A DNA stretch of 64,000 bases from the NCBI GenBank assembly GCA_036172245.1, contig JAYWIR010000017.1, positions 1-64,000 on the forward strand. The letters run 5' to 3'. Made by a program: the position numbers and the translations under genes. Numbering within the stretch: the first letter of the stretch is position 1; every line of letters starts with the position of its first letter. The stretch is from Raillietiella orientalis. Lineage: Eukaryota. Below are positions 50,045-64,000 of the stretch, piece by piece. The notes under the pieces are model-generated. The model was not told the origin of the DNA. It saw only the letters and a list, made by a program, of their open reading frames with translations, and did not search any database.

Positions 50045-51394
50045 GTTTCGTGTAATTCACAAAGGAATTTTTCTTTAGTTTGTAGGAATGAGAGTTAAAC
50101 GAATACTTATATGATAAGAAAAATGCGAAAAATTCAATATTTGAAGAATTACTACTATAGTAATGATTCATTTTTATGAGAAGAATACACTATTCCTCAT
50201 TTCTTATACACTTTCTGTTCAACATATTGTATATTTTGATGTAGGTGATCACTAGCAGTGTGTATCTATGAAATCGGTTTACTGAGTTACCACATTTACA
50301 AAGTTTGGATCCTTATTCTCGGAAAATGCGATGTGATTAAAAGAAGACACTTATAAAGTTATTCTATGAGCCAAATTGCATGTTGACATCTAGCCAAACG
50401 AATGGACAAAAAAATGGAATGCTTAATGGATGGCATCAATTTGAATCCATAAAGAGTTGCTCAAGGAAGAATGCTCGTGGAATATTTAAGTGATTTATGG
50501 GCTTGTGTCCACAGCAACTATTGAAATATTTGTTTAGAATCAGATATCTCATAAAAGCAGTGAATTTCTCGGAAATGGTTGCTGAATACCAAGACGCTGA
50601 GATTCAGATCAAGCTTCTTTTTTCTTTTTTGGTCTGCCAGCCATTACAGCATAATATGGAATACATTAAAGTACAAAGGAACAAATGGCAAACGTTTCCA
50701 CATTTACCTGAATCCATTTCTTGATATAAACTGTGGATTTGTATCCCAAGCAACATTTATTTCATGCAGCTCTGACGAATAAATAGAACGGTAGCATGTT
50801 GATGCACTGACGATATTTTTATTCTTCATAATTGCAATTCGTGAAAGGCAGGTTCAAACGCAAGAATGGACCAAAAGTATTTTGTTTTTCCCAAGACAAG
50901 ACAAGACTGAAATTCTCTTCTTATGCTTCACAGTTGATCCGAGAGCACAAATCAGACAGGGGTGTAAAGTTGGTTTCGGAAAACTAGGTTTCTGCTGGAT
51001 TCCTTTGATTCAATAATAAAAATGTTGCCTTTGGTGGAATTAATTCAGAATGAATGGAACCTTGAGTACAAGAATCATGTTCCCGACTGTAAAGAAATCA
51101 TCATGAAAACCTGAAAATGATCTTAATTCAATACCATTCCAAGCGTCGTGGATATTTAGTCCACGCGATTGTGACTGTACGAATACTTTACCATTAATAG
51201 AAAGAATCCTGAGTAATCAACATGAGTTTGCATCCATGTAATAATAATCGAACCCTCATGGGAGGTTAAAAAGGAGATACGTAATCTCATCTTGCATATA
51301 TATCACCTTCTTGGACAAAAATTTAGATCGAGTAATATTAGAGTAATCCTTGAAACAAATTATAGCAATATTTGATTAATGTGAAGCATGGAGA

Positions 51395-52400
51395 AGTACA
51401 AGAACCGTATCGCTTCCGAAGACATCGCATTGCTCCAGTGACATCAAGGATTGGGAACCTATTTCTATAGGAAATAGCGCGTATAGGCTATACACTAAGT
51501 GCCTCTCTGCAAAGATCGAAGAATGGATGGTGGAGCGGAAGATTATTTGTTCCCGGAAAAAAGGATTCCTTCCTTTCGACAGGATGCTAGAACAAAATTT
51601 CATCCTTCAAACTTCAAGCGATGCAGTGAAAAGACCTGAGAATGGTGTTCCTAGATATAACAAACGCGTTTGGAACGATCTCGCATGAACTACTCAAGAA
51701 GAAGATGCAGGAATCTGGAATTTGCCCTCAACTTACGAAGATCGTTCAAAATACATACAAGGACGCCGTAGCATATGTATGGGTTGATTCAGAAATAACC
51801 CGACCTTTCACACTGAAGAGGGGAATTTAGAAGATCGCATTAACATTCAGAGCCTGATAGACTGTGTTATAGCTGTAATACTTGGGAGGAAACTTTGCCA
51901 CATATCTAAACCACTGTATGAGGCACTCCTCCATGTACAAATCACGACACCAACCTAATAGTGGACAGACTGAAACAGGCAGCCACCCTGACTGAAGGAT
52001 GGAGAGTAATCTCCGAAAATCAATGGGTCCCATAAGCGGATTCCACATTGCTTCCCGACCTAGTGTTGCAAAAGGAGGACAAGATGGTGGTGGTAAATTT
52101 TGCGTGCCCGTTTGAAAACGGGGAAGAGACCTTCAGCACCACCAGAAGAGAGAAGGAAGAAAAGTGGGAGCATAGGAATAGCAGCTTCCATCTCCTAGAA
52201 GGGCATAAGGACAACCGTGCATGCCTTCCTAGCCGGAGTCCTTGGCACGTGGGATCCCCAAAATGATGGAGTATTACGAGAATTAGGCACTCAGAGAAAA
52301 CATGAGGAAAAACGAGGAAGTTGATGGAAGCATCGACAATAAGAAGCAGCAGAGATATATTATATTGGACGCACCGGCTGGGTCATGTCCCTGACCACGC
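51395..52400 (+). mobile_element. RLE-type non-LTR retrotransposon remnant (NeSL/Utopia/R2-like), internally deleted
   Basis: RT block WEPISIGNSAYRLYTKCL...KGFLPFDRMLEQNFIL...VFLDITNAFGTISH...KRGI, then ETLPHI*NHC and PDLVLQKEDKMVVVNFACPFENG (restriction-like endonuclease). Confidence 0.85.
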
Positions 52401-53539
52401 CTGCAATCCACGAGAATACATGGAAGTCAATGAAGAGTAACAGTATTCTTGAAAAAGGAAATAATCAGAGTATGCTCCAGAAGAATAGGAAGAACAGGAA
52501 AATCGGCTCCAGGTGATGTATATATAACGTGAATGTAAAATGTGTAATCCGAGTTTTACAGTTTACAATGACCCTTTAAACATAGTATAACAATATTTGA
52601 TTAATGTTTCTCACTATTGTAGGTCACAAAAAAAAAACACATCCTGAGAGAAAAATTCGCAGCCTTTTGAACGTACAACACAACTCATTATTAATACTCA
52701 GTGAACTCATAATCTCGAAGACGAAATTTACTTTTCGAATATGATGAAACCGAAATGTTATGAATTTATAAATATTTTTAATATTCAGCAACACAGCTTT
52801 CGACTTTTACTGTTGTCTTGCAGCTAGTTTGGTGTAGTTGTCCTACTAAGGCTATTAGTCGATAAGTGCACAATAAATGAAGAGGATTTTTTTTCTGCAT
52901 GGCAATCATTAAGCGTAATGTAGTGCAGCAATACATAGCAAAACAGCCAAAGTGAAGGATGCAGCTTCCATATTGACAAGTCTGTATTTGGAAACGAGAG
53001 GTTAGTTTCCGAATCTTGACCCGAATGATATGTTGATAACGAACCCGACCAGGTTAAAACTAACCAGCAGTGCTTCTTTAGTGTTTGACTGAATTTCTTT
53101 AGACCATCATCAAGTCCATTCTTATTTATTCTTTTACTGTATTCAGAATGCTGTACCTTTTCTGCCAGAAGGCAAAACTAGTTTACTACTGAACGGAAAC
53201 TACTTTTGGAAAGAGGCCATGGAAAAAAAGCAATGCCACATTGCAATCTCAATACTCGGACAGAGTTTCAGAGTCTGCTGATTTTCCACGATCTTTGAAC
53301 GATACGGCAATGAACAGCCTCAATGCAATGAAGAGATCTCTAGATGAATTTAAAGTATCCCAATTCGACTTTCTCAACTTTGTAAGCATTCAGCATATTG
53401 TTAACGATAGCAACAGTATTCGATGGCAACTCCATTTTTTATTAAAGGGTGAAGGAAATTTTTATATGAATTACGTTTGTAAAGTTTGTTATTCGTTTAC
53501 AAGATATCTTAAACCCGTTAGCAGTTGGAACCACGATCT

Positions 53540-53875
53540 GGACAAGCGGCTCACCACCCGACACTAAGGATGACCTCCTGATGTTTTATCACGGAGGCAT
53601 CCTGAATGGCACCAGGACCAAGCACTGGTCAGGGAACGTTCAAGACGAGATGTGCAAGACCCGTGGAGTCAGGGAAACCCAACTCCAGTACTCACCTACC
53701 CTACAGCTGCTCCCCGACTGGACCAAGCTAAAAGGTGACCGGTACAACCCAATGGTCCACATCACCATCACCCTCTTTATCACGATCATCGTGATGAGAA
53801 GGGCAAAAATGAGGACCGGAATCAACAGTGTGCCAGCTGTGGAAATATGGAAAGGTTGAATGACATGGAAAAAAA
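53540..53875 (+). mobile_element. Short C-terminal ORF2 fragment of the family at 48.6-50 kb
   Basis: MFYHGGILNGTRTKHWSG...YNPMVHITITLFITIIVMR versus MFYHGGILRGSKLKYFTG...YNPMVRTTIALFITAIVIR. Confidence 0.75.
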
Positions 53876-55444
53876 GGTTCATACAAAAACATTCTTCAAA
53901 TGGATTGCAATCCGGTGCTATTCAGAATTCTTCTCAGTTTAAATACCAAGCTTTTTTTAACACATAATTCTGGTACGAATCCAGGTAACGACATCGGGTA
54001 TACAGTGCTTTTCACGATGAATGTCACCTGAACTGACTTCGAATCCCTTGGTTTGTATTGAGGTTCGTCGTGCCTCTACAGCTTCATCAGTATGCTGGTG
54101 ATTCTGATCTTTCTGATTGAATGTAACAATAAGCATGAAAAAAAGTCATTAGTTAAAAGGGAAATAGGCATCAGTAGTTGTGGATGCATTCCCACTTGGA
54201 CGTACTCTTACATCCTGCGAAGGATTCAGGAACTTAGTCAAGTGAGTGAAATCTCCAGACAAATTCAGTGACTGGATGCCCGAAGAATAACCCAGATGGT
54301 GAGAAACAGTGAAAATTAGTGACAGTGACAAAAGCTCGTGAAAGTGAAAGAAGGAAATAAATTCACCCCACTACATGTCGGACTGGGGAGAACCAGAATA
54401 TCTTCAACTGAAAAACCATGGCTTCTAACCTGAAATTCTCCGAGATCGGAGGAGTTTCGTGATGACTCTCATACTATATTAAAGATCCTGATGAAGTGAT
54501 TACAAGAAATTCTTCAGTGTAAACAATCCAATTATGACAGACAACCATCATGCGAAGGCGAACCAGCTGTAGTAAACATTACTGGAAGCAAAAGCTACGT
54601 ACCCTTCACTCTACATCTACACATATCGTACGGTGGGCATGGTCGATCATTAGTATTTCCAGGTTGCACTTGTGGGAGATACATTCGCTGAAGTCACCAT
54701 CCTTTTGTCGAATCAGAGTCCTACGATAGAAATAGCTTCCTCCTTTGATGAAAGTATGGACACGAAAGTCAGTCTTTTTAAGGCAAAGCTTCTGCTTTAA
54801 GTGTCTTAGTCTTGAAGATTGTAAAAAGAATTTCCTTACAACGCTCGTCTACCTCGATAAAAGCCTTTTACAGCATCCGATGTATAAATCCAATGCGAAA
54901 AATATGAGCGACTTAAATTATTCGAATATGCCATTATACAAGCGAAACTTATATTTACGTATGTAAAGCACTAAGTTAAAAAACTAGAAACAAAAAACAA
55001 AACAATTATTCTGGCAATCGTATCGTTAACGTTGCCAGATTACAAAGAAGCATTGCTCACACATGAAAGCACCACATAAGTAGTTAACAATAATTACACT
55101 TAAAATTATAACAGATAACTGCAAATAGCTTTTGGAAAAATTTCTGTTACAAACTCAAATGACGTATGAAACAACTGCTGTAACATCCAGTAGTGACGCA
55201 AAAAAATCAAAAATACAACAAATGTATTTCTAATATTCAACATTTTATGAACATATGTGCTGAACAGGGTCATAAACTCCAATGTATTAATGGAAGACAT
55301 TTTTTAACAAAGCTTGGGCATTAACCAGCTGAATAACTGCAGATATAATATCACAGATCAAATCGCAGCCATCATTGGAGGAAAAACATCCCCATACATA
55401 ATTTTCTACAAAGTGGCACACTAAACCCAAATAATTAATGGATG

Positions 55445-58400
55445 CTACGTCTCCCTTCTTGACTTTTTTTTTCGAGACATTTTTGCTTGCATCCACTGTT
55501 CTTCACCAACAGGATCTTCAACAGGAATTGAAGTAATGGAAACATTTGATTTCTCCTGATGAAAACCATGAACCATTAAACACTAGCTCCTTGACTTACC
55601 TTATTTGGATGATTTTTTTTTCCTGGAGCAGATTTTGGTTGAGTCCCTGTGTTGTGAGCCAAAGTTTGTGATTTGCTTCAAAACACTTTGACTGTGTATG
55701 ATGATGTCTACTCACTTATTATGTGCCTCTGCTGGTACTTGTTTTGCATTTTGTGATTCAAGTTTTTTACTACCAGATTTTCCTGCACCCCCAGTGTGAT
55801 TGTGATTGATTATAGGTTCCTTTGATGATGATGATTCAGACAAAGCCGTTCCTTTGGCATTTATTTTCTGATGATCAGTAGCATCAGTTTGGAGTTTGGA
55901 ATCACTTTTTCCTTTGGATGCTTTTGCCGTTGTTGGTTTTGCTGTTTCTGCATTTGCCTTGACACCTATTGATCTATCTAGAACAGGCCTTTAGGCAATA
56001 GCTCACATATCATTGCTTCATTTACTTGCAGTATCTTTTCCTGACACAGGTTTCCGTTTTTGTGCTGGTGTTTCATTGACAACACAATCATTTACTTCAA
56101 TTACTTCCTTCTTTTTACCTTTTTTTCCTGACAATACCATAACCCATTTACCTAAAAAACAGATTAAATAGTACATACCATGTACACATGACAATATAAC
56201 ATATAATAGTACACAATACGCAAAACAAATGGTATACTGAAAACACGATGACTGTCAATCAGTACTCATTTGTTTATAATGAAAACAAGACTGCCGCAAC
56301 TCATGACTACTTTGTGCCTAAAATGAACATAAAAAAACGAAGAAACAAAAGCCCTATAGCTTCACTGGTAAATTCTCAAGTACCCATTTTTGAAAACGAC
56401 TTTATGAGAATAAAGACAAATAAAATTTCGAGTCAAAAACCTCAAAAACTTTACCATCCAGCCATATGGATTTCAAAGTCCCTACATTTTTCCCAATAAA
56501 AATCGACCTTCCTGATCAATTCAAATGCAAGTTCCCCAGAATCTGATTGCTTATTCTGAATGCTGTTATGTATAGCAACACAAACTTGAATGGCAGGCAC
56601 AATACAAATATGAGCACTTTGTTCTACTTCCATTTGTACCATTTCAAATGTTAACATGATGGAAATTCAATAAAGAGGAATCATCACTCAGTCCTGCATT
56701 ATGTGTAATTCTGTCTAAAACCATATGCCTTGAAACTACAGTATCCCAAAATAAAAACGGGGAAAAATGCCATCAAAAATTACAACATTAATTTACATTA
56801 GGCAATAACGAAATACAATTAAAATTACAATGTAAAAAAACTGAGCAAACAAAAAACATAACCATCAAAGAAAGGGTTTCATCCATACATAACAAACAAA
56901 CAAAATGGCCTTCACAAAAGTTATTCGGTATCATTAATCCTCTCCCTTTTGCAATTTACAATATTTCTAACTTATTGAATTCATTTGGGAAAATAAATCA
57001 ATGCACTTTATGTACATAAGTGACTAATAATGCAAAGGTCTCTTTAAAATTATATTACAAACCTATATGCATTAAACTTGAAACATCTCCTGCATTTACA
57101 GATCAGAATAACATTATCAGTCTATAAGCATTCAGAATTTTGGTGTAAGCATATGGTTTAATTCTGGTAGTTATTACAATTTCCGTACCCAATTTACACA
57201 ATGCAAAAACATTACACTGCATAGGTATTTGGTATGAATCTGAACAATTGAATTAGATATGAATTGTTAAACATATTATGTCACTAGTTAACAAAATATG
57301 CTTTCAAAATGAATTCTTGGTCATCTCCAAGATATTATGCAGTACCTAGAAATACTTAGAAATGTAATTTTGTTTTGGTGGGTTAGAAAACCAATATTCT
57401 ATGCTTGCTGCAGTATTTCTCTATGATTAAAAACTTCATGATTACCAAATACCCTGAAAGGATAACTTACAAAAATATAATACAACAAAAAGCTACAGAA
57501 TTTCCCCAGCTACCCTTGAATTCCATCTTATTTTGAGAGCACTTAATTTTAAGATTGCTCCCAAAGGGAGTTTCATCACGAAGTTAACGATAATTGCAAT
57601 TACAAGCATAATTAACTGGATAAAAAATAATTATAACCAAAAATTTTATTATGTAAACATAGGTACTGTTCTCATCACTTCAGTAACACATATCAATTAA
57701 CTAAAACAAGCTGTAAGTTTACAAAACAAAAAAGAAAAAATCGAATATATTGTGAACGTTCAAAAAACGTCCAACAATCAGGAACAATACTCCTGAAAAA
57801 ACATATAGTGCAACTAGATTTGAAGCATGAAAAAAACAACCATGGATGCACAATACAGTTTTAAAAAGTAAATTATTAATTCCTATCTATATAATATTAA
57901 TCCACCTAAAAGAGGAATTTTATTAACAGAATATGAGTGCTATTAGGACATCAGTGTGCTATTCAAAATACACAAATACGAAAAATTATCATCAAATGGT
58001 TCAATAGACAAAAAGGCTACTGCTGAATGAAATTTCCTAATAGTAAGCACTTATGATATGGTCTAATTTTCACCTCTGATACCTGATAATAGGATTAAAT
58101 GGTTTAATTGCTGACAATTGCTAATACATATTACTGTTTGTTGATTTTAAATCATTGCATACATAATACTAATTAAAAACAACAATAATTTTTTTCCCAA
58201 TGAAAGTATTAATCTGTTATTCGAACAAAAGTAATAAAAAAAAGATTTCTGCAAGAGATGGTCGAAAATTGTTATAATTAACAATCTAACAAGTCTATTT
58301 GTTAATTACAATCAATTCAATTTCAAAATATTGACTAACAATAGTTAATAAGGCAGAACAAAATGCAAATAATCTAGTAAAATCAATGAAAACCATTATG

Positions 58401-60660
58401 TAATTAAGCATGAGCCATGCTGCTCACAGAACTAATAAGAAACTAGTATGATTTTATTAAATACTAATTACTATGATTCTAATCTACTGCACTAAGCAGA
58501 ATTTCACATGCAAATATTTTAAAGAATGATAATGCAAACCTGGAACAGATGAAGGGGACCAGAAAACACTGCTGTCATTTCTCGAGCAAGAAATTTTCAA
58601 TCTTCCTTATAAGAACTTTTGCACCCACTAAATATTTTGAAGTGTATGCTCTGTATTATTGTATTTAGAATAACTGCAGGAATTATGAATTCACATCAAT
58701 AACAATAATATATACAGAGTTCTAATCAGCTAATTTAAGATTCTTTCAAAATCTTAATGAAAATAAACGAGTTAATATAATAATTATAAAGAAAAACAAT
58801 TCACATGAATGTCTTAGGCTACACTAGTGCTTTTATTTTAAATCTAAGTTTATAAAAACCTATCTGCTCTTCTTTTGCTTTCCACCTAAAAAGTATGCAT
58901 TTCTTGTTCAACTGGCTAATAACCATATTTGCATATTTTACATTGTAAGTTTTCACATCTTATCTCATAAAGTTTTACTTTATGAGATCAAATAAACAAC
59001 ATCAGCAAGTCTGACTCATCTTGAAATCTTTTCTTTCTTTTTTTTTTTCCAATTCAACATATATACAAGCTCCATGAATACTATGAATTAATGATTCCTA
59101 GCAATTACATCAACAACATTAAGATATATGTCACATCTTCTGGATGTCTATCAATATGCTACATTTTATCAGCTTCAATTCTTTTCAATTTACTTTTCAA
59201 AAGCACTAAAGCCAGTTCCTGCAATGAAGATGGTTTTCTATTTGCAATGGTGCACATATTGGAAAACGGAATCAGTAAACAACTTGCAACAAAAGCTTTC
59301 TCAAGTTTGCTCATCAATCAAACTTGTTACAAGTTAATGCACTATAAGATGCGTTTTTTTTTTTTAATGTTGGCTACATTTTTTGTTTACTTTAAGTACT
59401 CAGTCACTTATGCAAGGCAAAACAACTTTTAAAAAGAATGATCCAAAGACTCAAATCAACAAAAGTGCTACTACCTTAATTCGTTAACAAATCATGTATG
59501 GAAATATAAAAGCAATTTAACTAAAAAGTGTTCTATTACGTATTCAGGTGATGAACTCAAATCAAAACTTATTTTAACTTACTTGCAACTTACAAAATAA
59601 TACAGAATGAAATTTGTCAAAATGAAATTAGCATTATTGTGTATATAACGAATTTTTCGTTGATATCCATCTAACTAAACACATGGTGCAAATGCCTTTT
59701 GTTTGTTGATCTCCATAATAACCATAAGCCTACTGCAATTACCAAATCAAAACATTTTTCTATAAATTCAATAGATTTGAATGAAACAATAAAATTTCAA
59801 TCAACTGAATAAACATTCGTCAATAAATTTGGTACTACATTACAATTCTTATTCAGATTTTCATCATAAGTACAAAGAATGTTTCCAAAACAATTTTCAG
59901 TGCACTTACTCTTGAGATTAATAGCTTTCATGGAAAATGCATAAGTTTTAAATGCTGGAATAAGTGTACCAACAATCATGCGGAACCTAACTGTTTTATA
60001 TATAATATCAAATACTGATCTACAAGCAAACAAAAACTTGCGATCTTGATAACACGACGTTAAGCTCAAGGATACTTTGTCACACATTAAAAACCTATTA
60101 GTGAGTTACTGATTGTATGAAGAATTTCAAAACATATATTTATAAATGCATTTTAAATAATCCATAATTTTTTTTGAATTTGAAATAATAAACTAAACTT
60201 TCAAATAGAAAGCCTAACCAATTAAAATGGCTTCAGGAATGAAATGTGCCCACATTATACAATTACATCCCACAGTAGGTGTGCTTACCATCATTCACAT
60301 CAGTATCAGCTGACGTAGATTTTTGGTTTTTCTGGACAGGTTTACCAGTTTTTTTAGTCTCCGCAGGTACATCTTCAATGCTGATTCTTTCTTTGCTTCC
60401 CGATTTCTGTTCCTAAAAACACTTAATAAGAATACTTTTAATTGGAACTGACAAATTTAAAATAGTGACTGTAAAACAGTTACATTTGATTTTGTCTCCT
60501 TTCGTCTTTTCTTGACTTTTTTTTCGGTTTTGGTTATCACAATTCGATTAAAGGCTGGAGAAACTGAAGAATCAATTCCAAATGCAAATAAAATTAATAC
60601 AACCACTACAATGCTGACGGGTATGGCATACTGAGTATTAATTATATTTATTACTTCCAT
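55445..60660 (-). CDS. MTDH: Metadherin/LYRIC-like single-pass membrane protein, 6 exons (60660-60484, 60412-60289, 56151-56026, ~55977-55716, 55675-55600, 55555-55445)
   Basis: N-terminal TM segment (IPVSIVVVVLILFAFGI) followed by a Lys-rich region and DGKWVMVLSGKKGKK. C-terminus EEQWMQAKMSRKKKSRRET* resembles metadherin KKKKKARRET. All introns are GT-AG and in phase. Confidence 0.75.
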
Positions 60661-63600
60661 GCCACAAATTTTATTTCAACAAAAAAATCACAAGAACACC
60701 AACATATGCCACCTTGCACTTGCTACTGCTGACATACTGTCCTTGCGATATCTGCACTATAAAGTGCCAACGAAAAGTTAGCGGATATGCATCACATATC
60801 ATACAACATCAATACTAAAACTACACGCTGTTGCAGGATAACCAAGACCAAAAAGTATTCATGTAATGTAATACACATAGGCTAAATTAATCGTAGAAAA
60901 AACTCAATATCAAAAACAATTTGAAGGTTTATTAGCTAAATGATATAGCATACAAAATTTCCGTTTTCTATCTAATCAGCAACTCATATAGCGTAAGTAA
61001 AATTCTTTAACATAAAAATGCATATATGAAAAGATGCAAACGCCAAAAAAAGAATTCCAAAATAAATAATCGTCCAGATGATACAAAATACCAACTTGTA
61101 TAACCCACATGCACTCATATGCATTTGCTAGAGAAGAAACGATAGTTGTTTAAACCAAATTGGTATAACTGACCAATTTTTTTTTTTTTTTAAGCAAAAA
61201 GCATACAGCATCGTAATTTAACAATAGTTTCACTGATTTCTTTTTAAAATTGAAATAAATACATATGGAAAGTTGGACACAACCGAATAGTGAAAAGAAT
61301 TTCCAGATGAATAAAGTGGTATTTTAAACAATTATTAGCAGAAAGTCACTTGAAAAGCTAAATAAGTTGTACAGTCTAAAGTTTCACGATCCTACCATCT
61401 ATTTTGATACTTCTTTTTGAGGTCATCAAATAGAGATATAACACGAATGAAAGATGCTTTTAGTATCATTTATTTATAATTATTAATTATTCAATGTTTT
61501 AAAGATACAAATAGTTTTAATAAATGTTTCATTGTCGACTTAAGAACTGAGTTCAGTTGAAACTTCCACATACTTTTTTTCTGATAAGCTTTTCAGCATC
61601 CTTTTCATATGACTATGAAACTAAGTCTATCACCTCCGCACCATAGGCATGAAACACATTCTGATTTGTAAGCCATTCCTCATAACTCTCTGTGCTTGCA
61701 ATAATTCAATTCAGTTAAACAAATTCATTATTAATCAGTTATTAATCATTATCTTTTCAACTTTTCTGGAAACAAAAAAGGGGCTGATTATTTATAATCT
61801 AGTATGTCTGTGCTAACTACTTTCTGTAATCGATGTTCTTTTGAAGGTCTATTGATTGCATGCTAAACTGGAAGATCTTTTAAAATGTTTGCATTTTATA
61901 CAAACAGCTTTGGATAGTGATCGACATTGAAGTTTGCAGATACTCAAAGCAGTATTGTTGTTGCCATAATTTCATTTGTACCGTCCCCATAATAGCAGTA
62001 AAGAAAACGTAATGAAAACAGCAGAAAAATGAAATAAAATTAGGATATCACAGGATAAAATGCAGTTAATAAATCATGATCAGAAAAAACATTGAGGTGC
62101 AAAAATTTTCCAGTTACAGATATTGAGTTTTTATCAGAAAATTTTCTCTTCAAAACTTTGAATGAAGTTCGTGAGGATTATTAATCATAAAGTCCAATCA
62201 TTGTGGAATTCTAAATTATACTTTCCCGATGACAATGGGCAAAGGCATTGAGTGAGTGAGAGTGATCGATCTCTTTGAGTACGTCCTTAAAATGAATCAC
62301 AATATCATGAAGAGTAGCTGACGTGTTCTTAATCACTTTACTCCTTCCTTAGAGTGACATTTCACAGGTTGGCCATTTTCAATATCATCAGCAGCTATCG
62401 AAAATTTGAATTCTAATTTAACACTCTTGATAAATTGAGAAATTCGTCTGTAACCATTTGTATACATCATAATGGGGCATACGTGTATACTCGAGACAGT
62501 ATCACTCCGTTTCGAAATTCGTGCATTTGCATGTGAATTTATGCAGCTTATTCATACGATAAGTCGAAGTTTCCAAAACAGAACAAATTTTATTGCGTAA
62601 TGAAAGCATAACTATAATCTTGTATAAAACGTACTATTCCTAATCGTCTCCCTCACTACTACGGGGACAGTTCAGTAATCTGTGGAATCGAGGTTGGATT
62701 CCATGTGCTTTTCCTTGGATGTCAAGGAAATCTATTGAGAAACAATATTCAGAAATCTATTCCATTTGCTTAATATATTCGAAGACTATCAGGGGACTAT
62801 TAAAGTGAATGTAGAGTGATTTGATATGATCAACTGAAACTATCTCAAGTACTCAAGAATCCTCAGACCACGCGAAAAATGCAGTCTCAATTTCTATGGA
62901 TATGAAATACAGATATTTCCATAAAGATCTGATACATGAAATGCAACAAATGAAAGAAAGAAGTCCGTGAAAAAAGATGCAGTTATGGATCATACTGTCA
63001 TTTATGAAATCTCAAGGAAACTTGAAGTAAGAACAATTAAAATAAAATATGAAGCCCTTTTCTATGTTAAAGCGTCGTCGATATGGTATGGATCTAAGAA
63101 GGGAGCTATCTTTAAGAAACAAGGTTTAAGCAACTTTTTGGTCGAATTTTTGTTTCTGTAAGTCGCACTTCGGGACAGTTGCTCTTAGTCGCAATTTCTA
63201 GTTCTGGAATGACTACCCACAATTTTCGGTCACTTGGAATTAGAATATATGCGATTTGAAGTATATGAAAGCAACCAATCTATCAGATCTTGTAAAGAAA
63301 TAAAAACAAGAAGCATTTAAGATGGGAGACTAGATTCCAGTATGGCAAGGATCCAAAAAGCATTCATGCTTCATACCAACTTGCTTTTGAGAATTCACTA
63401 GATTCTGTAGAGCTATCATCTACTATTCCGCTCAACAAAAGTGCGTTCTAAAGTCTTCATCAGGAAATTACACAAGGACCTCCTGCAATTATTTCCTCAA
63501 AATTGGAGTATCATGCAATAGAACCAGAGAATTCAAGGATTAATTCTAGAGTAATTTCTGTGGTAGAAGAAAGTGATTAGGAATTCTGAGACTTAGCTCA

Positions 63601-64000
63601 GAAAAGAATAAGGGAAATAATTTCCGTCATATTTTCCAAAGCTAATCTCTGAACATTTTTTGTCTCAGAGCTGATTACGTTGCGACAAACTGGAAAGAAA
63701 GCTTTGCTGATCATATTTATCTTATCAAAGCAACTATGGTTTGATACTTATATGCTTCAAAAGTTGATTAGCAATACTTATTTGGCTCTGATCGCAATTA
63801 CCAAAATACACTAATAGAACCATAAAAACCTTTCGAAGTCGAGTATCCAGATAGTTACAGGAAAACAGGACGCATGTTTTCGTTATTATATGTAGTTCAG
63901 CTTGATTACCATGTTCGAATCTCGATAACTCCCTCAATGCAATAAAATGATAAAAAACCGTATCAACAGTCCGTTATGGGTATTTAAACAGTAAGGCAAT

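Noticed and set aside
56152..60288. Small ORFs in the 4.1-kb metadherin intron
   Set aside because: AT-rich, low-complexity, with no recognisable motifs.
63734..63937. ILDFERF as mononegaviral RdRp motif A
   Set aside because: No downstream motif B or GDNQ was found; the match is too short.

Overview
Eukaryotic (animal, probably nematode, inferred from 48-57 nt GT-AG introns and T-rich acceptors) genomic DNA in two parts. Positions ~1-37 kb are a dense graveyard. It holds nested L1/Tx1-type non-LTR retrotransposon fragments (CCHC ORF1, APE endonuclease, RT, conserved 5' and 3' terminal motifs), interleaved with foreign-looking coding remnants: an RNA-virus-like nucleoprotein fragment fused into a LINE, a decayed bacterial Tc toxin A-subunit gene, and at least two families of long intronless pseudogenes present as diverged paralogues. 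Positions ~39-61 kb hold spliced host genes (mitochondrial EF-Ts, an unknown convergent gene, a metadherin/LYRIC homologue), remnants of a second L1-like family, and an RLE-type (NeSL/Utopia-like) element. Leading hypotheses: (i) this LINE family inserts into its own relatives, twice at the same RT 'KAFD' codons in antisense; (ii) the locus acts as a trap or archive of viral and symbiont sequence. All homology calls are by-eye motif recognition; no searches were run. Misassembly cannot be excluded.
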